A DNA stretch of 10,994 bases from Candidatus Altiarchaeales archaeon IMC4 (lineage in GTDB: Archaea; Altiarchaeota; Altiarchaeia; IMC4), in the NCBI GenBank assembly GCA_001742785.1, contig MCBF01000001.1, positions 432,768-443,761 on the forward strand. Direction: 5' to 3'. A model generated the notes under the pieces. That model had not been told where the DNA came from and made no database searches. It worked only from the letters and a program-made list of their open reading frames with translations. Position numbers and translations under genes: made by a program. How positions within the stretch are numbered: position 1 is the stretch's first letter; each line of letters opens with the position of its first letter. Shown one piece after another: positions 1-6,575 of the stretch.

Positions 1-273
1 TCTGCCGGTGTTTCATGCTACCTTCTGGTTGCGGACACGGAGGGGCTTGCTGTGACCGTTGCGCTTGCGGCTGAGAAACTGACGCCCGCAGGCGTAAGGG
101 ATATGCTCGACAAGAACAAGGTTTCGGAAAAGGTGCGTCACAAAAAGCTGATAGTCCCTGGCTACGCGGCAAGGATAAAGGGGGCGCTTGAGGACGCAAC
201 GGGGTGGGAGATAATAATCGGGCCTCAGGATTCGTCTGGAATCGGGCAGTTCATCAAGGAGAAGTGGAAGTAA
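1..273 (+). CDS. cdhE: Acetyl-CoA decarbonylase/synthase (ACDS) gamma subunit / corrinoid Fe-S protein large subunit, C-terminal part (5'-truncated by the window edge)
   Basis: Frame 1 is open from base 1: SAGVSCYLLVADTEGLAVTVALAAEKL...KVRHKKLIVPGYAARIKGALEDATGWEIIIGPQDSSGIGQFIKEKWK*. The DTEGL, H-K-L-I-(I/V)-P-G and W-x-(I/V)-x-(I/V)-G-P motifs are typical of the CdhE/AcsC C-terminus. The track's GTG at 52 is internal. Confidence 0.88.
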   Translation, partial: SAGVSCYLLVADTEGLAVTVALAAEKLTPAGVRDMLDKNKVSEKVRHKKLIVPGYAARIKGALEDATGWEIIIGPQDSSGIGQFIKEKWK

Positions 274-288
274 TTACAGAATAATACA

Positions 289-726
289 ATGGAAGACATT
301 ATAGTTAAATGTAAGAAATGTAAAAATGAGGAAGTGATAAATGTCCCTACCCCAATTAGAAAAAAATGTAATAAATGCGGCAGATATATGCGAGTACCAG
401 TATATGGCAAACCAAAATCCTCAAAAATAAAGGAACCACCATTAGTCAACCCTCATGATGAACCAACAACGCTAATGAATCTGTGGTGTGAATCTAAAAA
501 ACCAATAAGAGAAATATCTGATGACCTGTTCAGATACAAGGTGGTCATGTGCCCGAATTGCGGAAGAATTCAGATGACCGAGGGGGAAAGGGGTTTCAGG
601 TGCCGTTCTTGCAATAAAGCCTCAAAATATCGGGTAAAGGGCAAGTGGCACGTCAAGATATATAGCTTCCCAACTCCTGGCGAAGCAACTGCATTTATGG
701 ATAACTGGCAGAACAAAGGAAAATGA
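289..726 (+). CDS. Double zinc-ribbon protein of unknown function (N-terminal CxxC-x15-CxxC plus a C-terminal DUF1922-like zinc ribbon)
   Basis: 145 aa with four CxxC pairs (CKKC/CNKC and CPNC/CRSC). It starts 15 nt after the cdhE stop and has a paralog immediately downstream. The DUF1922 resemblance (YxxxxCxxCG...xxxCxxC...A-helix) is by eye only. Confidence 0.75.
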   Translation: MEDIIVKCKKCKNEEVINVPTPIRKKCNKCGRYMRVPVYGKPKSSKIKEPPLVNPHDEPTTLMNLWCESKKPIREISDDLFRYKVVMCPNCGRIQMTEGERGFRCRSCNKASKYRVKGKWHVKIYSFPTPGEATAFMDNWQNKGK

Positions 727-1108
727 AACGGACGTTTGTGTTTGAATGTGATGAATGCGGAAATAAGGAAACGGTAGACAACCCTATCGTAGTTACAAAA
801 GAATGCAGCAACTGCGGCGGACGTATGACAATGTCCGTCTTTCCATGCAAAGAGTAATCAAGATGGCCTCAAGAAGAAAAGAAATACCTGTGATCAATCC
901 TCATGATGAACCGACAACACTGATGAGTTTGTTGTGTGAATCCAAAAAACCGCCAAAAGAATTGTCCGATGACCTGTTCAGATACAAGGTGGTCATGTGC
1001 CCGAATTGCGGAATAATTCAGACGACCGAGGGGGAAGAAAGTTTCAGGTGCCGCTCATGTAATAAGGCCTCAAGATATCGGATAAAGGGCGATTGGCACG
1101 TCAAGATA
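443..1108 (+). repeat. Imperfect direct repeat from tandem gene duplication (about 443-660 vs about 891-1108, offset 448 nt)
   Basis: There is a 46-nt perfect identity at 520-565 = 968-1013 (gatgacctgttcagatacaaggtggtcatgtgcccgaattgcggaa). High identity continues to tggcacgtcaagata (660/1108), and then the copies diverge abruptly. Confidence 0.9.
723..857 (+). CDS. Small 44-aa zinc-ribbon protein (not in the ORF track)
   Basis: Its ATG overlaps the upstream stop (ATGA, 723-726). It translates to MKRTFVFECDECGNKETVDNPIVVTKECSNCGGRMTMSVFPCKE*. It has CxxC-x15-CxxC and aligns without gaps to the N-terminal domain of 289..726. Confidence 0.75.
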   Translation: MKRTFVFECDECGNKETVDNPIVVTKECSNCGGRMTMSVFPCKE

Positions 1109-1225
1109 GCCGACTTCCCGAATCCTAACGCGGCATCTGCATATGCGGGGGAGTGGGCGGAAAGAATTGAAATGGAAAGAAGGGAAATGCAGGGCAAAAA
1201 AACGGATGCAAAATGGAAAAAGTGA
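863..1225 (+). CDS. Zinc-ribbon protein, paralog of the C-terminal two-thirds of 289..726
   Basis: MASRRKEIPVINPHDEPTTLMSLLCESKKP...DDLFRYKVVMCPNCG...FRCRSCNKAS. The ATG at 863, 5 nt after the small ORF's stop, is preferred over the track's 803. Homology to copy 1 begins at 863, and 803-857 overlaps the 44-aa ORF. Confidence 0.75.
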   Translation: MASRRKEIPVINPHDEPTTLMSLLCESKKPPKELSDDLFRYKVVMCPNCGIIQTTEGEESFRCRSCNKASRYRIKGDWHVKIADFPNPNAASAYAGEWAERIEMERREMQGKKTDAKWKK

Positions 1226-1626
1226 TGCAAAAAAAGGTAAGGGACGTGATGAGCAGGGGCGTCGTAACCGTCGGGATGGATGCGCCCGTAAAGGAGATCA
1301 TTGACAGTCTTCTTGAGGAGCACATAACAGGGCTTGTGGTTACCGCCCCAAACGGCGAAGCGATGGGTGTGATTTCGGACAGGGACATAATAAACGTTGC
1401 TGGCTATGCAATCCGCGAGCTTACGGCTGACGACATAATGAATTCTTCCGTAAAGGACGTCCGACCGGACATGACGCTCGGCGACGCCGTGGAGATAATG
1501 AAACGGGAGAAGGTTCACCGCCTGCTGGTTCTGTCTGAGGATACAAGCCACGCCCGCCATGGAATGATACCTGTCGGGATACTCTCTGCAAGCGACATTC
1601 TAAGGGAGATTGCCAGAAATCTGTAG
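1213..1626 (+). CDS. Stand-alone CBS-pair (Bateman module) protein
   Basis: Two CBS repeats: KVRDVMSRGVVTV...GLVVT...MGVISDRDI and TADDIMNSSVKDV...VHRLLVL...VGILSASDIL. An alternative start at ATG 1225 would give TGATG coupling with the upstream gene. Confidence 0.92.
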   Translation: MEKVMQKKVRDVMSRGVVTVGMDAPVKEIIDSLLEEHITGLVVTAPNGEAMGVISDRDIINVAGYAIRELTADDIMNSSVKDVRPDMTLGDAVEIMKREKVHRLLVLSEDTSHARHGMIPVGILSASDILREIARNL

Positions 1627-1648
1627 AAGGCGGTAAGACCTGAGTACC

Positions 1649-3403
1649 TTATAATTTATACCGTCTTGCAATCAAGAAGTACGCCACCGGCGTAAGTACC
1701 AGCATGGCGGACAGCACGATTTCCAGTTCGGCGGGCATCTGCACCGGGTAAACAAACAGTCCGCATAATATCCCTACGATGAGCCCGGCAACCGCCCCTG
1801 CCAGTACGTCCGCCACCGTGTGCGCCCCGAACCTGACCCTCGCGTAGCCGTAAAAGAGCCCGACGGGTGCCAGTATAAGCCCGAAAATCGGATTGACGAA
1901 AAACGCAAAGCCGATAATCCCGATCGAGGCCATTGTGTGAAGCGAAGGGAACCCGTATTTGAAAAATATGTTGTTGTAAAAGGGTACCTGCCGCTCAGTC
2001 CTGAAAAACAGCTTCAGCATTACCCCGAAGATTACCGTCATGACGAGGAATATGAATGCGGATGCGAAAACGTGCAGGGTCTGCGCGATGTTTTCGATAT
2101 TGTACAATAGGTACCCGAGCCCAAGCGGGATGTACGGCAGGTAGGGCACCTCCTCTATGACCTTGTAGATGCCGGTATATTCGGTCTTTTTTGCGACTAT
2201 GCTCTTGTATTTTGGCGATACTAAATTCCTGTAGGTCACCCTCCCTTTTGATGTCGAGTACCTGCACCTGTAATATGGAAGGTAAACAATGCCGTCGAAC
2301 TCTATTTCCCTGCCGGTTATCTTCTCAAGGACGTTGTCCACGTCCTCCATCTTGTATCGTGTTTCGTCTATGTCGAATCCTGCCACACCGTATCCCGCGG
2401 TCTCGATGAAGTGCTCAAGGTTGTGCTGGCTGTCAAAGAAGGGAATCTCTACGCTGGCGCTGACATTCCCTATTTGTGATTCTCCGAGGGATGTGTCGGT
2501 TCTTGTGTGCTTGCTAAGTATGGCCTCCAGAAGCTCGTCCACAAGAAGTACGATCATGTTCGCGGGTTCCTTGGTAATCGAGCCCCCTCCGGTCTTGCCC
2601 CTCGATATCAATCCCTTTTTTTCAAGTATGTCAAGGTGCCGGTCGTCTATGTTCTCCCTGGGCAGGCTGCCGTTCTCTATCAAATCGAGCAGGCGCTCTC
2701 GCGATTTTTCCGGCAGGTCGAGAATCCTCTGTAGGACGTCGGACTGCCGTATCTTGTTCTTCTGGACATAGTAAAGGGCACCGGTGTTCATGTTGATGTA
2801 CGCGTGGTTCAGACTCTCGGTTTTCCCCTGCCCGCCCTTGATATAAAAACGCCCCACTGGCGCATATCTCCTGTCGATGTCCTCTATTTTTTCTTCCGTG
2901 CCAAGCATCCCGATTTTGCGGGAGCGCTGCGATTCGAAGTACCCCTGCGCGTCCTTGTCGGCGGCAAGGGAAACGAACGCAAGGGAAATCTTGACATCCT
3001 CCTGCGCCAGGATTTCGGTCAGCTCGTCGCCGTTCACAAGTTTTATCGGCTTGTCCTTAGCAAATTCCTGCGCGGATTTCGTAAAGTATGAACTGGTTAT
3101 ATATATCGCGTTTTTCGCACGGTTCTCAACGCGCTCCCCGTATAACTCCTCGACGATGTCCTCTTCGACACCCTCTATGTGGAATTCCGCGCGTACTACC
3201 GTCAGTACCGGTTTTCCAAGGGCATCCGTTGACTTTGCCAGTATCGCGCCCTTGCGCGTCTCTTCGATAGATAAGAGGGAAAGTTTGGATTCGGAGAGTA
3301 TCTTAGAAATTATCCGTTTCAGTTCATTCGGGCCAATGTCAAGCCTCTCTTTCTTTTCGGTCCTGCCTATGAAATCTATGTCGGGGCTTGTTTGGAATTC
3401 CAT
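1649..3403 (-). CDS. Membrane protein: N-terminal Mrr-like (restriction endonuclease type IV catalytic fold) domain, central soluble region and C-terminal PAP2-family phosphatase with several TM helices
   Basis: The N-terminal AIYITSSYFTKSAQEFAKDKPIKLVNGDEL matches the Mrr_cat C-terminal signature. The C-terminus has the PAP2 motifs KLFFRTERQ (C1, about 2014-1988), PSLH (C2, 1948-1937) and ARVRFGAHTVAD (C3, 1843-1808) among hydrophobic helices. Confidence 0.8.
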   Translation of the reverse strand: MEFQTSPDIDFIGRTEKKERLDIGPNELKRIISKILSESKLSLLSIEETRKGAILAKSTDALGKPVLTVVRAEFHIEGVEEDIVEELYGERVENRAKNAIYITSSYFTKSAQEFAKDKPIKLVNGDELTEILAQEDVKISLAFVSLAADKDAQGYFESQRSRKIGMLGTEEKIEDIDRRYAPVGRFYIKGGQGKTESLNHAYINMNTGALYYVQKNKIRQSDVLQRILDLPEKSRERLLDLIENGSLPRENIDDRHLDILEKKGLISRGKTGGGSITKEPANMIVLLVDELLEAILSKHTRTDTSLGESQIGNVSASVEIPFFDSQHNLEHFIETAGYGVAGFDIDETRYKMEDVDNVLEKITGREIEFDGIVYLPYYRCRYSTSKGRVTYRNLVSPKYKSIVAKKTEYTGIYKVIEEVPYLPYIPLGLGYLLYNIENIAQTLHVFASAFIFLVMTVIFGVMLKLFFRTERQVPFYNNIFFKYGFPSLHTMASIGIIGFAFFVNPIFGLILAPVGLFYGYARVRFGAHTVADVLAGAVAGLIVGILCGLFVYPVQMPAELEIVLSAMLVLTPVAYFLIARRYKL

Positions 3404-3429
3404 CGTTAAGATCGGGCGTCAGGGAGCGG

Positions 3430-3705
3430 TTACCTCTTTGTGGTGTGCATGACCAGCATCGTGTTGAACTTGTACGCGACACCCAGAAGCTCGCTTTCCG
3501 TCATCGGCTTTCTCGGAATGAACTTCACGATGACGACGCTTTCCGGGTCGCCGTCGATTACGAACTCCGCCTTGTCGAACAGCTCCTCCGCGGTGTTCAT
3601 AATAGTATGCATCTTGTAGATCTTCGGGTTCACCCGGATTGCCACGAACTGCTTCTCTACGTCTGCGTTTATGTTGTGCGTATCTATCTTTGCATCTGAT
3701 GTCAT
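3430..3705 (-). CDS. Small protein resembling His-Xaa-Ser system protein HxsD
   Basis: 91 aa. The segment IRVNPKIYKMHTIMNTAEELFDKAEFVIDGDPESVVIVKFIP...VAYKFNTMLV resembles the HxsD pattern (hydrophobic strand-Y...A...D...strands...F-N-x-x-L). Its start overlaps the SPFH stop (ATGA). It is clearly a real gene, but the family call is less certain. Confidence 0.6.
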   Translation of the reverse strand: MTSDAKIDTHNINADVEKQFVAIRVNPKIYKMHTIMNTAEELFDKAEFVIDGDPESVVIVKFIPRKPMTESELLGVAYKFNTMLVMHTTKR

Positions 3706-4901
3706 TTTTCCTTCTTTGCCCTGTATTCGAGTCCGGAGTCTATTTCTCCTCCTTTCGCCTTGGCTTTGGATTCGACCTTGGATTCTATCTCCCGCTCCAC
3801 CTCTTCGGCCTCGCTTTCATACTCCCTTATCGCCTTCTTGTAGCCCTCTACGACGTCTGCCCCGACGATTGATTTCAGCGTCTCTTCGGCCTGTTTTATG
3901 TCGACCGGTTTCTGCGCTTCGGCGGCTGGGGTTGGGGGGGACATTATGCCTGTCTTTCTGCCTATGCCTTCTGCCAACCTGGACAGCTCCATAGGCAATA
4001 TTATCTTCGTGGATTTTCCGGCCGCTACCTTGTTCAGCGCGTCCAGGTAGAGGTAGGTCATCGACTGGTCCGTGAGTTTTGACGACGCCTCCCTGACCGC
4101 GTCGATCTGGATCTTTATCGCGTCGGCCTTCTCGTGCGCCGCAAGCTTCAGCTGCTCAGTGGCCGCCCGGTCGTGCATCGCGGCCTGGAGCTCCTTCGGG
4201 AACTTCACGTATTTTATCTCGACCCTTGCTACCTCGATGCCCCAGCCCTTCTCCATGTGGGCAAGGTGGTGGACGTGGTCCCTAAGTATCGACGCTATGT
4301 CCTCCATGTGCGTGATTATGTAGTCCGCTGTGTGGCTTCCGATAATGGTCGTGAACTCGCTTGTTATGAAATGCAGGACCGCCGAGGTATAGTTTTTCAC
4401 GTTTATGACCGCATCCCTCGGGTTTGTCACGTACATGAACACGACCGGCGCTACCATGCACAATATCTTATCCTTTGTTACAAGCTCCATCGGGGCGATC
4501 TCATGCACCTGTATCCTTAAGTCGACCTTCACATAGTGGTCGACAAGGGGTATCACATATACCCAGCCGGGGCCCGCCACCTGATGGAACTTTCCTGCCC
4601 TGAAAACGACGCCGCGCTCGTATTCGAGGAACCTTACGATTGAGCGCTCCGTGATAACGAATACGAAGATGGCGATTATGGCGGCTTCTGTATAAAGGGT
4701 ATTAAAGCCAACGGCATCGTAAAGCACCCCGGGCAGGTAAAAAAACAGTACTGCAAGAACCCCTAAAATCAAAATGAAAACTATATCCTTCAGACCCAGT
4801 ATCTCGATCTCCGGCGTGGCGTCCTCGATCATGCCCTTTATGTCTGGCCCCTGTAGGTACCCTGTCGGTGTGTGGTGCTGGTCGCCTATAATCGATGCCA
4901 T
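3702..4901 (-). CDS. SPFH/band-7 (stomatin/QmcA-like) membrane scaffold protein
   Basis: Two N-terminal hydrophobic segments precede EYERGVVFRAGKFHQVAGPGWVYVIPLVD, VDLRIQ...ELVTKD, WGIEVARVEIK and YLDALNKVAAGKSTKIILPMEL, which are classic stomatin-family motifs. The C-terminal tail is charged. Confidence 0.93.
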   Translation of the reverse strand: MASIIGDQHHTPTGYLQGPDIKGMIEDATPEIEILGLKDIVFILILGVLAVLFFYLPGVLYDAVGFNTLYTEAAIIAIFVFVITERSIVRFLEYERGVVFRAGKFHQVAGPGWVYVIPLVDHYVKVDLRIQVHEIAPMELVTKDKILCMVAPVVFMYVTNPRDAVINVKNYTSAVLHFITSEFTTIIGSHTADYIITHMEDIASILRDHVHHLAHMEKGWGIEVARVEIKYVKFPKELQAAMHDRAATEQLKLAAHEKADAIKIQIDAVREASSKLTDQSMTYLYLDALNKVAAGKSTKIILPMELSRLAEGIGRKTGIMSPPTPAAEAQKPVDIKQAEETLKSIVGADVVEGYKKAIREYESEAEEVEREIESKVESKAKAKGGEIDSGLEYRAKKEK

Positions 4902-4932
4902 TGTTTAGTCTTATAACTCTTGTATTTTTGAA

Positions 4933-4938
4933 TATAAA
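4933..4938 (-). promoter_or_regulatory. Putative archaeal TATA box (TTTATA) for the SPFH operon
   Basis: It lies in the AT-rich 42-nt gap 4902-4943. The minus strand reads tttaTTTATAttc about 32 nt upstream of the ATG at 4901. Confidence 0.45.
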
Positions 4939-4943
4939 TAAAC

Positions 4944-6530
4944 TCACGGCAGCCTTTCTTCAACGCTCGGGAACAAATCCGGGTTTGCGTGGGGCAGGAA
5001 TATCGCGCCCATGTACTCCTCGGTGAACGACTTGTCAGACGAGAGGTCTATGTACGTCGTTTTCCGCGCTATCGCTTCTACCTCCCCCCTGCCTTCTTTA
5101 GCCACCTTAATCGCGCCGGCAAGCGATGCGTTGCCGATGAATGCGAACCGCTCCTTGGGCAGGTCTGGAAGAAGGCCGATGGCTATGGCGTTGTCTATGC
5201 GTATGTAATGCCCGAACCCGCCGGCTATGTAAACCCTTTCAAGACCGCCGAACGGCACCCCGACCTTTGCCAGCGCAGAGGCCCCTGCGTATATCGCCGC
5301 CTTTGTGTAGATTATGTTCTCTATGTCCTTTTCCGTGATGACGATGTCCCTGCCGAGGGAGGTTTCCCCTGCCCACGCGATTACGAACTCGCTGGTGTTT
5401 TTTGCTTTCCGCACCCGCTTGCTGTCGATAGATAAGTCGATCCTGCCTTTGTGGTCTATCGCCCCCGACAGAAACATCTGGGCAACCGCGTCGATGAACC
5501 CAGAGCCGCATATCCCGCGCGGCTTGTAGTTGTCTATGGCTGAGAACTCGACCTCGTAATCCCCTTTTATCTTAACCTCTTCGATCGCGCCGCTTGCCGC
5601 TCTCATGCCGCTTGTGGTTTGCGCGCCTTCGAACGCAGGCCCCGCGGATGTCGAGGCCGCGACCATCCAGTCCCTGTTTCCAAGGGCAATCTCCCCGTTC
5701 GTCCCAACATCGATCAGCATCGAAACGCCCTCCGCCGTGTGCATGCCAGATGCCAGTATGCCTGCGGTTATGTCGCCGCCTACGTAGCTTCCGACCCCGG
5801 GTATGCAGTAGACCGGCGCCTCCAGGTTTATCCCGATTTCGCGGGCGTTTGCCGAAACCGGCATCTTGAACCGAGGTATCTGGACGTTCCTCTGAATCTC
5901 CGATGGGTCCATGCCGACAAGCAGGTATGTCATGACAGTGTTGCCAGAAGTTATGATTTCTTTTATCCTGCCGCTTGACAGGTTGCTGCGCCCCATGAGT
6001 TTTTCAAGCAGTTCGTTTATCGTCTCGACCTCTAGTTTTTGCAGTTTGCCCAAGCCCCCGGATTTTGCATAGTCTATCCTGCTTAGAACATCAGCCCCTA
6101 TCGATACCTGCTTGTTGTACGCCGATGCCGTGTCCGCAATCGCGCCGTCAGACGCGTCAATAAGGCTTGCGGCCACGGTCGTCGTCCCGATGTCAACGGC
6201 AAAAAACGCATCGCCTGAAACCTCCCGCCTCTCGTGTACCTCGATGTGCTCAAGTATCTGGTGCCTGCCCAAGCGGCTTTCTTCTGGTATGAAAACCACG
6301 GCGTCGCTTTTGGGGTATGTCTGGCACGCAAGGTGCGCCCCGTCCTGCTTCGGCATCCTGGTTTCGAATTCGCCCTCTTCCACGATGACCCTGCACTTTT
6401 TGCACTTGCCCTCGCAGTTGCAGGAAACCTGTATGTGGACGCCTGCTGACTGCGCAGCATCTAAGATCGTTTGCCCGTCCCGAATCATTGCGGTTGCCCC
6501 GTCCGGCTTGAATTTTATCGTGTATCCCAT
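4944..6530 (-). CDS. ATP-dependent reductive activator of corrinoid proteins (RACo/DUF4445, ASKHA ATPase) with an N-terminal [2Fe-2S] ferredoxin domain
   Basis: The N-terminus has CNCEGKCKKC...LACQ. ASKHA/RACo motifs are present: AVDIGTTTV, GADVLSRI, YVGGDITAG, IDVGTNGEI, SAGPAFEG, GICGSG, IAGGFG and IGNASLAGA. Confidence 0.92.
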   Translation of the reverse strand: MGYTIKFKPDGATAMIRDGQTILDAAQSAGVHIQVSCNCEGKCKKCRVIVEEGEFETRMPKQDGAHLACQTYPKSDAVVFIPEESRLGRHQILEHIEVHERREVSGDAFFAVDIGTTTVAASLIDASDGAIADTASAYNKQVSIGADVLSRIDYAKSGGLGKLQKLEVETINELLEKLMGRSNLSSGRIKEIITSGNTVMTYLLVGMDPSEIQRNVQIPRFKMPVSANAREIGINLEAPVYCIPGVGSYVGGDITAGILASGMHTAEGVSMLIDVGTNGEIALGNRDWMVAASTSAGPAFEGAQTTSGMRAASGAIEEVKIKGDYEVEFSAIDNYKPRGICGSGFIDAVAQMFLSGAIDHKGRIDLSIDSKRVRKAKNTSEFVIAWAGETSLGRDIVITEKDIENIIYTKAAIYAGASALAKVGVPFGGLERVYIAGGFGHYIRIDNAIAIGLLPDLPKERFAFIGNASLAGAIKVAKEGRGEVEAIARKTTYIDLSSDKSFTEEYMGAIFLPHANPDLFPSVEERLP

Positions 6531-6575
6531 CTTGTTACCAGAATATTATTATATCTCATGGGATAATATTGTACT
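6531..6575. promoter_or_regulatory. Compact divergent promoter region with a central TATA-like element and inverted repeats
   Basis: This 45-nt AT-rich gap lies between head-to-head start codons. It contains TTATAT at 6549-6554, the inverted repeat AATATTAT (6542-6549)/ATAATATT (6563-6570), and the near-palindrome TATCTCATGGGATA (6552-6565). Confidence 0.55.

Noticed and set aside
803..862. N-terminal extension MQQLRRTYDNVRLSMQRVIK given in the ORF track
   Set aside because: It overlaps the better-supported 44-aa zinc-ribbon ORF and shows no homology to copy 1.
790..865. Programmed -1 frameshift joining 723..857 to the downstream ORF
   Set aside because: The frames are compatible with a -1 shift, but I see no canonical X XXY YYZ slippery heptamer after the second CxxC, and the downstream ORF has its own ATG at 863.
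443..1108. Repeat pair as the template/variable repeat of a diversity-generating retroelement
   Set aside because: The mismatches are not confined to adenines of one copy (G/T and T/C differences occur), both copies are coding, and no reverse transcriptase gene is in the window.
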